A stretch of DNA of 64,000 nucleotides from an uncultured Acidobacteriota bacterium. Lineage in GTDB: Bacteria; Acidobacteriota; Thermoanaerobaculia; UBA5066. Shown in pieces: positions 1 through 10,200 of the stretch. Location of the stretch: the NCBI GenBank assembly GCA_963779415.1, contig CAVZYA010000001.1, forward strand, positions 1,856,001-1,920,000. Reading direction: 5' to 3'. Both the position numbers and the translations under genes were made by a program. The notes below the pieces were generated by a model that saw only the letters and a program-made list of their open reading frames with translations, did no database searches and was not told the origin of the DNA. Each line of letters starts with the position of its first letter. Within the stretch, counting starts at the first letter, position 1.

Positions 1-547
1 GCCGAACGATCCGAACATCCTCGAAGAAGGTCCGGTCTTCCGGGAAGAAGCCGAAAGAAAAGAAGCCGGTCAGCCCGACCCAGTCCACCTGCCGCCGGGA
101 GGCGCTCTCCGCAACAGCGGGAGAAAACGTGCCGATGGCCGCTCGCGGCGGGCTGTACGAATGGTAGGCGTGAATCGTTCCGAACCGGTCCGTCACCACG
201 TGCCATTCCCGGGCCCCCTCGCTCCATCCCAACAGAAGGAAGTGTCCGTTGAGACTCCCACCCGGGCTCCGCCCGTCCGCCACGGCGAGGACTTCGTTCT
301 CGAGGCTCCTCTCCGACAGCAGCCCGAACACTTCTCCCAGCAGCCACAGCCGCCATCCGGGCGCCCGGAATCTCCTCAACGGAAAGCCCTTCCATCCCCG
401 CCCCGGCTCCTGTCGCCAGAGCGTCCACACATCCGACCGGTCCTCGAGAACCCACGGTACCTCACGACCACGAGCCATCCTCGGCGCGTCTCCACCGAAG
501 ACGATGATCAGGTCCCCACACCCGCCGCGGTCAACCGTGTCGCTCAC
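1..547 (-). CDS. Asparagine synthase (AsnB)-like amidotransferase, N-terminal part (runs off window edge)
   Basis: Manual translation from GTG at 547, overlapping the upstream TGA: ...LNGHFLLLGW...VVTDRFGTIHAY...VDWVGLTGFFSFGFFPEDRTFFEDVRIVR, resembling the Ntn domain of polysaccharide-cluster AsnB homologues; open to base 1. Confidence 0.65.
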   Translation of the reverse strand, partial: MSDTVDRGGCGDLIIVFGGDAPRMARGREVPWVLEDRSDVWTLWRQEPGRGWKGFPLRRFRAPGWRLWLLGEVFGLLSERSLENEVLAVADGRSPGGSLNGHFLLLGWSEGAREWHVVTDRFGTIHAYHSYSPPRAAIGTFSPAVAESASRRQVDWVGLTGFFSFGFFPEDRTFFEDVRIVR

Positions 548-1665
548 GCCCGACCTTCCCTGACAAGCTTCGCGTACATATCCTCGTACGCCCGAGCCTC
601 TTGCTCCAACGTGAAAAGCTCGAGGACCCGCCGCCGCGCCTCTTCGCCGAACGACATTCGGGCGCTCGGAGACTCCAATGCTGTCAGAGCGCCAGCCAAA
701 GCCTCGTGGTCCCCCGGCGGAACGAGAAGCCCGCTTCGACCGTTCACCACGGGCTCACGGCATCCGGGCACGTCCGACGTGACGCACGCACGCCCGCTGC
801 TCATGGCTTCCAGCAGGGCGACCGGGCAGCCCTCGCCCGGCGGTACGGACGGCAGGACGAAGATGTCGAGCTCCGCGAGTAGAGCCGGTACGTCGGTGAC
901 TGGCCCCAACATATGTACCCGTGCCGTCACGCCGAGTTCGGTGGCCAATCTCTGCAGCTCTGCCACAAAGTTCACGTCGCCCATCGCCCCCGCGAGGATC
1001 ACATGTGCGCCGGGCACGTCCCTGATCGCACGGATCAACGTCGCCTGTCCCTTGATCGGGAGAAGGTTCGCGACACAACCAACGAGCAGTGAGTTCTTCG
1101 AGATTCCGAGGCCTGTTCGGAGAGTCAATCGATGTGGTACATCTGGCGCGTACCGCATCGCGTCTACGCCCGGCCGTATGAGCGTCGCCTTCCTGCGAAA
1201 AAGCGGCCCCTTATAGAACATCTGAAGCATGTCGCTGTTCTGGACGGCCACGTGGCCCGCGAGAACGCTCCGCACGAGCCACGCCCGCCGGTTCCACGCC
1301 ATGTTCTTTTTTGTGAACACCCAGGCTCGCGCACCCGAAGCCCGGGCCACGAGAGGCTCGGTGTAGTCGTCCAGATAGTGAAACGAATGCCAGAGATCGA
1401 ACCCGTAGGGACGGAAAGTCGCCGCCGCACGCTTCACCCGCCCGTAGAGCCCGTACAGCGGCCGAGCCGCGGTACTCGTCTCGGCCTCGAGGAGCGGGAT
1501 GCCCATCTCCTCCACCACGGCGTCCAGCCCCCCCCCTCGCCGGTTGACGCAGACGAACGGCGTGAATCTCCGCCGGTCGAGCCGCTCGATGACATTCAAC
1601 ATCGCCCGGCCCGAACCGGCCGTGATGAAGTTCGGGATCGTAAAGAGGACTCGCGTCGGCCTCAT
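544..1665 (-). CDS. Glycosyltransferase family 4 (GT-B)
   Basis: VANLLPIKG, EGCPVALLEAMSSG (EX7E) motifs; start at MRPTRVLF chosen by alignment to the adjacent paralogue. Confidence 0.9.
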   Translation of the reverse strand: MRPTRVLFTIPNFITAGSGRAMLNVIERLDRRRFTPFVCVNRRGGGLDAVVEEMGIPLLEAETSTAARPLYGLYGRVKRAAATFRPYGFDLWHSFHYLDDYTEPLVARASGARAWVFTKKNMAWNRRAWLVRSVLAGHVAVQNSDMLQMFYKGPLFRRKATLIRPGVDAMRYAPDVPHRLTLRTGLGISKNSLLVGCVANLLPIKGQATLIRAIRDVPGAHVILAGAMGDVNFVAELQRLATELGVTARVHMLGPVTDVPALLAELDIFVLPSVPPGEGCPVALLEAMSSGRACVTSDVPGCREPVVNGRSGLLVPPGDHEALAGALTALESPSARMSFGEEARRRVLELFTLEQEARAYEDMYAKLVREGRA

Positions 1666-1720
1666 GCGATTCGCGTCACCTGAAGGCCGCCAATACGCTC
1701 CGCGAGGCAGCACCGTTCCG

Positions 1721-2878
1721 TCACCGTTCGCCGTTCCCGATCATTCCGTCACGAAACTTCTCTCCGAGAGCCTCTCTATACAACCGTATGTATGCCGCTG
1801 TTTCTCGTTCGATCGTGTAGCGCTCCACGATCCGAGCGCGACCTGCCTTTCCCAATCGCTGTCGAAGCGCGCCATCTTTCACCAGCCGTGCAAGCGCCCG
1901 GGAAAGAGAGACTGGATCACGAGGCGCTACAAGGAGACCGCTTCTTTCGGACTCAATGACATCATGACAACCGGGGATATTCGTGGCCACGCAGGCCACG
2001 CCACAAGACATCGCCTCGAGAAGAGCAATCGGACAACCCTCCATCCGCCAACGATCCCACGTCGCGACGACCCCGATGTCGAGCTCCGCCCACAGGCCCG
2101 GAACGTCTGCAACATTTCCAAGAAAGCGAACTCTGGCCTCGAGACCCGCCCGGGCTACCCTGTCATGAAGGCTTGTCGCGTAATCTTTGTCGCGGGGATC
2201 GCCCGCGACCACCAGATGCAGTTCGGGAACCTGTTCGATGGCCTCCAGAAGCGTGGGGTGCCCCTTGACCGGAAGGAGATGGCCCACACAGCCGGCTACG
2301 ATGGCTCCCGGCGGAAACCCAAGTTCGGCTCGGAGGTCATGCCGCCGCGGCAGGCCCGGCCGAAACCGCTCCGTGTCGACGCCAGGCGGAAGAAGCGTCG
2401 CCTTCCCGCGAAGAAGCGGCCCTCCGAGAAAGTCCCGCAGGATGTCCGTATTCTGAGAGGCAATCCGGCTCGCGAGAATGCTTCGCAGGAACCACGAACG
2501 ACGATTCCAACTCATGTTCTTCTTCGTGTACACCCAGGCGGCTGCGCCCGCCGCGCGGGCCACGAGAGGCTCGGTGTAGTCGTCGCTGTAGTGGTAGGAG
2601 TGCCAGATGTGAAACCCGTAAGGACGGAATGTGGTGGCGGCGCGCAAAATGCGCGCGCGTAAGCTCGGGAGCGGCCGCGCCGCGACGAGCATCGGCGCCT
2701 CCAGGAACGGGATGCCCAACTCCTCCACGGTTGCGTCCAGAACCCCGCCCTTCCTCAGGACGCACACCGCCGGAGCGAACTCGTTTCTGTCGAGTCGCTT
2801 GACGATGTTGAGCATCGCGTCGCCGGAACCGGCCGTGATGAAGTTCGGGATCGTAAACAGGATCCGGATCTGACTCAT
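1721..2878 (-). CDS. Glycosyltransferase family 4 (GT-B), tandem paralogue of 544-1665
   Basis: VGHLLPVKG, EGCPIALLEAMSCG; shared N-terminus LFTIPNFITAGSG; ATGA overlap with upstream gene. Confidence 0.9.
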   Translation of the reverse strand: MSQIRILFTIPNFITAGSGDAMLNIVKRLDRNEFAPAVCVLRKGGVLDATVEELGIPFLEAPMLVAARPLPSLRARILRAATTFRPYGFHIWHSYHYSDDYTEPLVARAAGAAAWVYTKKNMSWNRRSWFLRSILASRIASQNTDILRDFLGGPLLRGKATLLPPGVDTERFRPGLPRRHDLRAELGFPPGAIVAGCVGHLLPVKGHPTLLEAIEQVPELHLVVAGDPRDKDYATSLHDRVARAGLEARVRFLGNVADVPGLWAELDIGVVATWDRWRMEGCPIALLEAMSCGVACVATNIPGCHDVIESERSGLLVAPRDPVSLSRALARLVKDGALRQRLGKAGRARIVERYTIERETAAYIRLYREALGEKFRDGMIGNGER

Positions 2879-4062
2879 TCGATCCCCGCCACCCGCCGGG
2901 AATTGCGCCGGCCCACAGCGAAACGCAGCGCACGCCGCCATGCGGGGTCAAGCGGCGTGAGAAGCCTCATCTCCCGGGTCACGATGTCGCAATAGATCCC
3001 GCCGCAATCGATCGCCTCGCCGAGTTCCGGGCTCGTGAGGTAGAGAGGCCGTTGAGGTTTCAGGGCGTCAAGCAGCTCGTTCAGGTCGCGGAGGCCCTGT
3101 TCGCAATATCGGCCGGTGTAGTTGATCCGGTGGGTGTCGACCACCGCCGGAATTCTCTGCTCGAAACAGGACCGGATGCGCGGGAGAGCCGCTGCGATTC
3201 CCTGATGAGGGCGCTCGGGTCGCGGTTCGAACTTGATGGACCGGCGGAGATAGCGAAGCCCGGCGGGCGATTTCTCGCCCATGGCATGCTCGACCCAGAA
3301 ATCCCCGTATCCGGCGTTGTCGCGTCGCACGACATGATAGTTGCCGCCCTGAATGAAGCGGAGCCCGGCCTTTCGCCACGCCCGTTCGGTTCGTGCTGAG
3401 AAGACGTAATGGGGAGCGATGGTCGAAAGAGGTCTCCGGCCAAAGAGCCGCTCGAGAGCGTCCAGGGACGTCTTCAGGTCCCCTTCGAGCGTCTCCTCGT
3501 CCGGCTCGACGCCGGTACGCCAGGAGACGTACTCCGTGTGATAGCGATGCCCCTGGCCTTTCAGGAGCGACAGGCCGCCATGCCGGCGCTCGGAAGAAAG
3601 CTGGCGTGCTCCGGGGACGTCGCGCCGCAGATCCGCCAGCCACTCCTCGACGGAAAAGTGGCGCCGGCCATGGAGCTCCGCGCAGAAAACCCCCCGCTCG
3701 ACCCCCTCCCGATATGCCGAGCGGAGATCCTCCCGAGCGCCGATCGGAATCTCGTGATAGGCCTCATAGCGATCCCGTGCGATCGCGTCATGATCCGGGT
3801 TCGCGACGATGAAGTTCGCCGAGAACGCCGCCGGCCGGCCCGCCGCGTCGCGGTGCTGCTCGAGGACGTCGAAGAGGCGCCGCAGATCGTCCGCCGTCTC
3901 CATCTCCTCATCGGCCCGCTCACCCGGCTCGCCGAAAGCCCTGAGCCGTTCCGAGGACGCCCGGCGCTCGAGGCCCCAGTCGTCGGTCTCGAGAACGAGC
4001 ACCGGTTCTGCGCACCGCCAGTGCGCGAAACTGCCGAACCCCGGCCACTTCCTCGACGACAT
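2875..4062 (-). CDS. Polysaccharide deacetylase-like (NodB/CE4-fold) protein
   Basis: LETDDWG, ELHGRRH, IAPHY and DTHRINY motifs; operon context. Confidence 0.7.
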   Translation of the reverse strand: MSSRKWPGFGSFAHWRCAEPVLVLETDDWGLERRASSERLRAFGEPGERADEEMETADDLRRLFDVLEQHRDAAGRPAAFSANFIVANPDHDAIARDRYEAYHEIPIGAREDLRSAYREGVERGVFCAELHGRRHFSVEEWLADLRRDVPGARQLSSERRHGGLSLLKGQGHRYHTEYVSWRTGVEPDEETLEGDLKTSLDALERLFGRRPLSTIAPHYVFSARTERAWRKAGLRFIQGGNYHVVRRDNAGYGDFWVEHAMGEKSPAGLRYLRRSIKFEPRPERPHQGIAAALPRIRSCFEQRIPAVVDTHRINYTGRYCEQGLRDLNELLDALKPQRPLYLTSPELGEAIDCGGIYCDIVTREMRLLTPLDPAWRRALRFAVGRRNSRRVAGIE

Positions 4063-4160
4063 TCCGGCCTCTGTTCCTCCCGACCTGATCGAGAGACTCG
4101 ACTATTTCGTGGTTCCCGGAAACTCCGGCCGCATCACGTCCTCCTCCGCCTTGGGATCCT

Positions 4161-5417
4161 TCAGGGCGCCGGCACGCGGGCAAGGGTCTCCACCGACCAG
4201 GACCCCGCGGGCGGTATCACGCCCGGGTAGTAGACATCGATCTCTCGAGGTCCGCCCAGATTGATCGTCCTCGACTCTTCTCCCTTGCAGATCCAACGCT
4301 GCCGGTGGACGCCCAGCAGGAAGACGATGCTGTAGGCACCGGGCTGAAGAAGCCCGCCCGGCAGGCGACAGATGGAAAGATATCGCCCCGGGGGTCGCTT
4401 CTGCATGCCGACCTTCTGCAGGTCATAGGTCCGGAAGACGTGACTCCCGTCCGAGGCCACGACGTCGAAGCCAAGAAGCAGTCTCTCGATGGGTTCGTGG
4501 ATCTCGTACTCGAACCGGAGATCGAAGGCTTCCCGCCAGTCGATCGCTTCGGCAGCTTCGTGTGAACCCTGGATGACCGTAACCGAAGTGAGCGTGATCC
4601 GCGGGTCATGGACCACCGGCCCCCCGGAGCCGCTGTCCTTGCTTGCCCCGCCGACGAGGTATGCACTGATGACCTCCGCCGAGGGACCCTGTCGGGCCAG
4701 GCGCCCGCGCTCGAACAGGAACGTCGAGGAACAGAGGCGGTTCACGGCCTGCAGGTTGTGACTCACGAACAGGATCGTCCTCCCCGTGCGTGACACCTCG
4801 TCCATCTTCCCGAGGCACCTCGCCTGGAACTCGGCGTCGCCGACGGCGAGGACCTCGTCGACGAGGAGGATTTCCGGTTCGAGATGTGCGGCCACGGCGA
4901 AGGCGAGCCGGAGATACATGCCGCTCGAATAGTGCTTGACCGCCGTGTCGACGAAACGCTCCACCTCCGCGAACGCGACGATTGCGTCGAATTGCCGGAG
5001 GATCTCGGCCCGCCGCATTCCCAGGATCGCCCCGTTCATGAAGATGTTTTCCCGGCCGGTCAGCTCCGGATGGAAACCCGTGCCGACCTCGAGAAGCGAA
5101 CGCACGCGGCCGCGGACCTGGGCTTCTCCTCTCGTCGGCTCCGTGATTCGCGAGAGGACCTTGAGGAGCGTGCTCTTGCCCGCGCCGTTTCGGCCGATGA
5201 TCCCCACGACGTTGCCCGCCGCGATGTCGAAGCTGACGTCGCGGAGCGCCCAGAAGGTCTCCGGCCGGACGCGGCCGGACACGATGCGCTTTGCCATGGC
5301 GGCGGGCCACCGGGCCGCGCCGGAGAGCGTCTCGCGGATCGTCTTGTACGAGGCCGATCGGCCGCCGAGGCGGTACTCTTTTCCGAGGTCCCGGGCCCGG
5401 ATTACGACGTCATCCAT
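4161..5417 (-). CDS. wzt: ABC polysaccharide exporter ATP-binding subunit with C-terminal carbohydrate-binding domain
   Basis: GRNGAGKST Walker A, YSSGM signature, LLVDEVLAVGD Walker B, Wzt_C-like tail. Confidence 0.95.
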   Translation of the reverse strand: MDDVVIRARDLGKEYRLGGRSASYKTIRETLSGAARWPAAMAKRIVSGRVRPETFWALRDVSFDIAAGNVVGIIGRNGAGKSTLLKVLSRITEPTRGEAQVRGRVRSLLEVGTGFHPELTGRENIFMNGAILGMRRAEILRQFDAIVAFAEVERFVDTAVKHYSSGMYLRLAFAVAAHLEPEILLVDEVLAVGDAEFQARCLGKMDEVSRTGRTILFVSHNLQAVNRLCSSTFLFERGRLARQGPSAEVISAYLVGGASKDSGSGGPVVHDPRITLTSVTVIQGSHEAAEAIDWREAFDLRFEYEIHEPIERLLLGFDVVASDGSHVFRTYDLQKVGMQKRPPGRYLSICRLPGGLLQPGAYSIVFLLGVHRQRWICKGEESRTINLGGPREIDVYYPGVIPPAGSWSVETLARVPAP

Positions 5418-5426
5418 CGACGCCCC

Positions 5427-6305
5427 TCAGACGACATCCGCGAAGGTCCTCTCCATCCGCCGGAAATAGAACGCCCCCGACAGAAGAAAGACCAGCGTCA
5501 CGGACGCGCTCGCGACCAGGATCGGGCCCGGGCCGGAGCCGCTCCCCAGGAGCGCCCAGCGGAATCCTTCGACCACCCCCGTCATGGGGTTGAGCCCGCT
5601 GAGCCACACCGGGAGGCCCAGTTCGGTCAGCTTTGCCGACAGGCGGCTCGTCGGATAGATGACGGGGGTCACGAAGAGCCAGAGCTGGACGAAGAACGGA
5701 ACGACGTACCGCACGTCCCGGTATTCCACGTTGAGCGCCGCGAGCCAGAGTCCGGAGCCGAGCGCGGCCAGGACGGCCAGAAGAAGGAAGAGCGGGAGCC
5801 AGAGGAGAGCCAACGTGGGCGGCACCCGGTACCAGACCATCATCCCCACGAGGACCGAGAAGGCGACGAAAAAGTCCACCAGCCCCGTCAGGACCGACGC
5901 GAGGGGAACGATCAGGCGCGGGAAATAGACCTTCTTGATGAGATTCGAGGATCCGACGAGGCTGTTGGCGGCCTGGGTGAGACCCTGTGCGAACAGTGTC
6001 CAGGGCAAGAGGCCCGCGTAGGAGAAGAGCGGATACGGCAGTCCGTCGGAGCCGACGCGGGCCAGCCCGCCGAAGAAGATCGTGAAGATGAGCATCGTCA
6101 GCAGCGGCTGGAGGATCGCCCACATCGCCCCCAGAGCGGTTTGCTTGTAGCGGACCTTGACGTCGCGCCACGCGATGAAGAACAACAGCTCCCGGAACTC
6201 CCATACGTCGCGGAGCCCCAGCGACGCCCAACCCTTCGTCGGGCGAATCACGATCCACCGGGCGCTGGCCGCCTCGCGCTCCCGGTTCATCACCGCGTTC
6301 CTCAT
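5427..6305 (-). CDS. wzm: ABC polysaccharide exporter permease
   Basis: WRDVKVRYKQT..G..WAILQP, LIKKVYFPR, YRDV, NPM motifs; multiple TM helices; adjacent to wzt. Confidence 0.95.
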   Translation of the reverse strand: MRNAVMNREREAASARWIVIRPTKGWASLGLRDVWEFRELLFFIAWRDVKVRYKQTALGAMWAILQPLLTMLIFTIFFGGLARVGSDGLPYPLFSYAGLLPWTLFAQGLTQAANSLVGSSNLIKKVYFPRLIVPLASVLTGLVDFFVAFSVLVGMMVWYRVPPTLALLWLPLFLLLAVLAALGSGLWLAALNVEYRDVRYVVPFFVQLWLFVTPVIYPTSRLSAKLTELGLPVWLSGLNPMTGVVEGFRWALLGSGSGPGPILVASASVTLVFLLSGAFYFRRMERTFADVV

Positions 6306-7294
6306 GCCGGCCTCATCGTCGCACCGCGTCCCCCGACAGCCCCGTCGTAATGCTTTTTCGCGATCGCGAGACCGTCGGAAAGCTCCACACGAGGATTCCA
6401 CCCCAGAGAATCCCGGACGCGCGTCAGATCGGCCAGCGAATGAGGGACATCGCCGGGGCGGGGCGGCGCGTATTGGGGCGCGAGCCCGGAGCCGGCGGCG
6501 TCGCGCACGAGCCTCGCGAGTTCCGTCACGGTGGTGCGCCGGCCGCCAGCCACGTTGTAAGCCCGACCGCATGCCGAAACGGCTGCCTCGGCAGCGGCCA
6601 GGTTCGCGGCCACGGCATCCGAGACGAACGTGAAGTCGCGCGACTGCTGGCCATCACCGTGAATAACGGGTGCTTCCCCGGCGAGACATGCCTTGAAAAA
6701 GCACGGGATGACGGCCGCGTATGGGCCGTCGGGATCCTGACGCGGACCGTAGACGTTGAAGTATCGAAGACCCACGACCTGCATCCCGAAACAGCGGGCA
6801 AAGACGTCCGCGAGCTGCTCGTTCATGACCTTCGACACCGCGTAGGGAGAAAGGGGCCTGCCCTCCTCCCCTTCCCGCTTCGGGAGCGCCGCGCTGTCGC
6901 CATAGACGCTCGACGAAGAGGCATAGACCACCCGGGTCACCTTTGCGTCCCGCGCCGCCGCGAATACGTTCGCGGTCCCTGCGACGTTGACCGCGATCGT
7001 CGCCGCCGGATCGCTCATCGAGCGCGGGACGGATCCCCTCGCCGCCTGATGGAAGACAAACGCGGCACCGTCGCAAGCGCGGCGGCAACATTCCGCGTCG
7101 CGGATGTCCCCTTCCAGAAAGTTGATTCGTGGAAGGACCCCGGCCACATTCTCGCGCCTGCCGGTCGAGAGGTCGTCGAGAACGCGAACGTGCGCACCTC
7201 TCTCGAGCAGGGCGTCGACGAGGTGAGAGCCGATGAAGCCCGCTCCGCCTGTCACGAGAACGAGCTTTCCCCGGAGGACGTCGCTCGCGGGCAT
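6302..7294 (-). CDS. wbpP: UDP-GlcNAc(A) 4-epimerase (WbpP/TviC-like SDR)
   Basis: GGAGFIG, GSVPRS..DP, ASSSSVYG, YAVSK, LRYFNVYGPRQDP..YAAVIP. Confidence 0.8.
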   Translation of the reverse strand: MPASDVLRGKLVLVTGGAGFIGSHLVDALLERGAHVRVLDDLSTGRRENVAGVLPRINFLEGDIRDAECCRRACDGAAFVFHQAARGSVPRSMSDPAATIAVNVAGTANVFAAARDAKVTRVVYASSSSVYGDSAALPKREGEEGRPLSPYAVSKVMNEQLADVFARCFGMQVVGLRYFNVYGPRQDPDGPYAAVIPCFFKACLAGEAPVIHGDGQQSRDFTFVSDAVAANLAAAEAAVSACGRAYNVAGGRRTTVTELARLVRDAAGSGLAPQYAPPRPGDVPHSLADLTRVRDSLGWNPRVELSDGLAIAKKHYDGAVGGRGATMRPA

Positions 7295-7301
7295 TCTCTC
7301 C

Positions 7302-8639
7302 TCAGGCCTTCACGACGTTCTTTCGCGGCTCCCGATACACGCCGCGGGTGTCGATGATGAGGGGCGCCGCGCGCGCCACGAGGTCGTAGTCGACCGCAGT
7401 GTGGTTCGTAACGAGGACGACGGCGTCCGACTTCGAGAGCGTCTCGGCCGTCAGCGGAACCGACGTCATCTGCGGCAGGTCGGGCCAGGAGCGCATATGC
7501 GGCGCCCTGGGCACGTGGGGGTCGTGATACGAGACGTCTGCCTTCAGATGCAGGAGCTTGTGGATGACCTCGAAGGCCGGGCTCTCGCGCGGGTCGTCGA
7601 TGTCCTTCTTGTAGGCGAGGCCCAGGACGAGGATGCGGCTCCCCTTAACGGCCTTTCCCCGCTCGTTGAGCGCCTCCTGCAGCTTCGTCACGACGTAGGA
7701 GGGCATCTCGACGTTGACTTCGCCCGCAAGCTCGATGAAGCGCGGCGCGAGCCCGTACTCGCGGGCTTTCCAGGAGAGGTAGAACGGGTCGAGCGGAATG
7801 CAGTGGCCGCCCCACCCCGGTCCGGGATTGAAACGCATGAAGCCGAACGGCTTCGTCGAGGCCGCGTCGAGGACCTCCCAGACGTCGATCCCCATCCGGT
7901 CGAAGACCATCTTCAGCTCGTTGACGAGGGCGATGTTCACCGCCCGGAAAATGTTCTCGACGAGCTTCGACGCCTCTGCGGCGCGCGCCGAAGAGACGCG
8001 GACGGTCTGCACGATGATCTGATCGTAGAGGAGCTGGGCGAGGTCGCCCGACACCGTGTCGAACCCGCCGACGACCTTCGGGATGGAGGCCGTGCCGAAA
8101 TCCTTGTTTCCCGGATCCTCTCGCTCCGGGGAGAAAGCGAGAAAGAACTCCCGGCCGGCGCGCAGGGCCGGAGTTTCCAGGATTCCGCGCAGAAGCTCGT
8201 CCGTCGTCCCCGGATACGTGCTCGACTCCAGAATGACGAGCTGCCCGGGCCGAAGCGCCGCGGCGATCTGCCGCGCCGTCGAGACGACGTATTTCATGTC
8301 CGGCTCGCGCTGCAGAGTCAGCGGCGTCGGCACGCAGATGAGAAGGGCGTCCGGCTCCGCGAGGCGCGCGAAGTCCGTCGTCGTCGAAAGCCGTCCCGTG
8401 GAGAGCGCCGCCTTCAGCCGCCCACCGTCCATGTGCTTGATGTAGCACTCGCCCCGGGAGAGGGCGTCGACCTTGGTGGCGTCCACGTCGAAGCCGAGGA
8501 CCGTGAAGCCCTTCTCGATGAAGGTGAGTGCCAGCGGGAGGCCGACGTATCCGAGGCCGAGGATCCCGACGGTGGCCGTATGGTCGGCGAAACGCCTTCG
8601 AAGAGCCTCGCCGAGGTCAGAAGAATCGGTGTTCACCAT
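7302..8639 (-). CDS. wbpA: UDP-N-acetylglucosamine 6-dehydrogenase (WbpA-like)
   Basis: GLGYVG, CVPTP, ESSTYPGTT, FSPEREDPGN, GGHCIPLDPFYLSWKAREYG. Confidence 0.85.
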   Translation of the reverse strand: MVNTDSSDLGEALRRRFADHTATVGILGLGYVGLPLALTFIEKGFTVLGFDVDATKVDALSRGECYIKHMDGGRLKAALSTGRLSTTTDFARLAEPDALLICVPTPLTLQREPDMKYVVSTARQIAAALRPGQLVILESSTYPGTTDELLRGILETPALRAGREFFLAFSPEREDPGNKDFGTASIPKVVGGFDTVSGDLAQLLYDQIIVQTVRVSSARAAEASKLVENIFRAVNIALVNELKMVFDRMGIDVWEVLDAASTKPFGFMRFNPGPGWGGHCIPLDPFYLSWKAREYGLAPRFIELAGEVNVEMPSYVVTKLQEALNERGKAVKGSRILVLGLAYKKDIDDPRESPAFEVIHKLLHLKADVSYHDPHVPRAPHMRSWPDLPQMTSVPLTAETLSKSDAVVLVTNHTAVDYDLVARAAPLIIDTRGVYREPRKNVVKA

Positions 8640-8709
8640 TCGCGTCTCGTTTCGAGCAGAACTCTCTTCCCCGCAGGGTGAAAAAGGAGCAGGGACACCG
8701 CAACCATGC

Positions 8710-8770
8710 GGAGAAAGATTCCTCGGAAAGGCTACCACAGTCCCTCCTGCCGATCGGGAGCTGTTGCCTC
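8710..8770 (-). promoter_or_regulatory. Duplicated upstream element copy 1 with putative extended -10 (TGTGGTAGCCT)
   Basis: Aligns with 10140-10200 across ~60 bp (core TACCACAGTCCC.CCTGC); lies upstream of the wbpA start. Confidence 0.5.
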
Positions 8771-10121
8771 AGTTTCGCGGACGGAAGACGGGCTTGACGG
8801 GGCGGCCTTCGAGGAAACGCTCGATTCCGCCGTCGAGCGCCTGACGGTAGACGCTGAGCGCCCCACCGACCGCCTCGACCGTCCGATCGATGTCGTCGTC
8901 GTGGTGGGAGAAGCTGACGACCAGTGACGGCATGAGGACGCCCCGCTTCAGGGTCTCCTGGAGAACCAGCGTCCGGAAGGCCTGCGACGCGTTTCCCTCG
9001 GCGTCCCTGGCCGCATAGACGAGATTGCAGTCCCGGCCCAACACCTGGAATTGTCCGGCGACCCCGTGCGCCCGCGCGGCCTCTTCGATGCCGGCTTTCA
9101 GCCGCGCGCCCTGGCGGTGGAGAACTTCGACGACTCCCTCGCCCTCGTAGATCCTCATCGTCTCGATCGCCGCCGCGAGCGCGTGGGTCTCGGCCCCGTG
9201 CGTCGTGGAGAGCAGAAAGACGCGCTCCTGGTCGTGGTGGAGACCGCCGCGCTCCATGAGGGCCCGCTTGCCGACGAGGGCCGAGACGGAAAAGCCGTTC
9301 GCCATCGCCTTGCCGAAGGCCGCGAGGTCCGGAACCACGCCGTAAAGCTTCTGTGCGCCGCCGAGGTGCCAGCGGAAGCCGGTAATGTTCTCGTCGAATA
9401 TCAGGACCGTTTCCTCCGCATCGCACAGGCGCCGGAGGTGCGCGAGGAACCCGGGGGCGGGCTCATGAACGGCCGCGGGCTCCAGCATCAGGCAGGCGAT
9501 CTGCCCGGGGTAGCGGCGAAACAGCGTCTCGACACTCGCGACATCGTTGTATTGGAAGGTGAGAGTCAGGGCGCGGGCGCTCTTCGGGACGCCGGCGGGC
9601 ATCGCCGTCGACCCGATGAACCAGTCGTCGATCGAGAAGAAGGGCTGATCCCCGCAGAGCGCGACGAGGTCTCGACCCGTGTGAGCCCGGGCGAGCTTGA
9701 CGGCGGCCGTCGTGGCGTCGGAGCCGTTCTTGCAGAACTTCGCCATGTCCGCCCCGTCGATCAGGCCGAGCAGCCGCTCGGCGCACTCCACCTCGACAGG
9801 AGAGGGTCGGGTGAAGTTGCTCCCGTGTCTGAGCGCCGAGCTGGCGGCCTCGACGACGGCCGGATGGGCGTGGCCGAGGGTGACGGAGCGCAGCCCCATT
9901 CCGTACTCGATGAACTCCCGTCCGTCCAGGTCCCAGACGTGACAGCCGCGGCCGCGCACGATGAAGGCGGGCGCGCCGACGGGGTACTGGTCGTCGCCCT
10001 TCGCGTACGTGTGCGCGCCTCCGGGAATGGCCGCGTGCGCCCGCGCCCGCAGCATCGCCGAGCCGGGCGACTCGATGAGTCGCCGCGCGGGATCTCCGGA
10101 CACGGGGGGCTTTGCGCTCAT
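8769..10121 (-). CDS. Class III PLP aminotransferase (glutamate-1-semialdehyde aminomutase-like), probably sugar/glycan modifying
   Basis: WDLDGREFIEY, KNGSDATTAAVKLARA, FDENITGFR, PDLAAFGKAMANG, STTHG. Confidence 0.85.
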   Translation of the reverse strand: MSAKPPVSGDPARRLIESPGSAMLRARAHAAIPGGAHTYAKGDDQYPVGAPAFIVRGRGCHVWDLDGREFIEYGMGLRSVTLGHAHPAVVEAASSALRHGSNFTRPSPVEVECAERLLGLIDGADMAKFCKNGSDATTAAVKLARAHTGRDLVALCGDQPFFSIDDWFIGSTAMPAGVPKSARALTLTFQYNDVASVETLFRRYPGQIACLMLEPAAVHEPAPGFLAHLRRLCDAEETVLIFDENITGFRWHLGGAQKLYGVVPDLAAFGKAMANGFSVSALVGKRALMERGGLHHDQERVFLLSTTHGAETHALAAAIETMRIYEGEGVVEVLHRQGARLKAGIEEAARAHGVAGQFQVLGRDCNLVYAARDAEGNASQAFRTLVLQETLKRGVLMPSLVVSFSHHDDDIDRTVEAVGGALSVYRQALDGGIERFLEGRPVKPVFRPRN

Positions 10122-10139
10122 CGTCAGGGCGATTTGACC

Positions 10140-10200
10140 GGAGAAGAATTCTTTTCGAAGGTTACCACAGTCCCCCCTGCTCAGCGCGACCTATTGCCAC
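10140..10200 (-). promoter_or_regulatory. Duplicated upstream element copy 2 with putative extended -10 (TGTGGTAACCT)
   Basis: Similar to 8710-8770; sits just upstream of the aminotransferase ATG. Confidence 0.5.

Noticed and set aside
544-2878. Tandem GT4 paralogues as a novel feature
   Set aside because: Common in polysaccharide clusters
8769-10121. Calling this gene hemL (heme biosynthesis)
   Set aside because: It sits in a glycan-cluster context with no tetrapyrrole genes, so only the family-level call is supported
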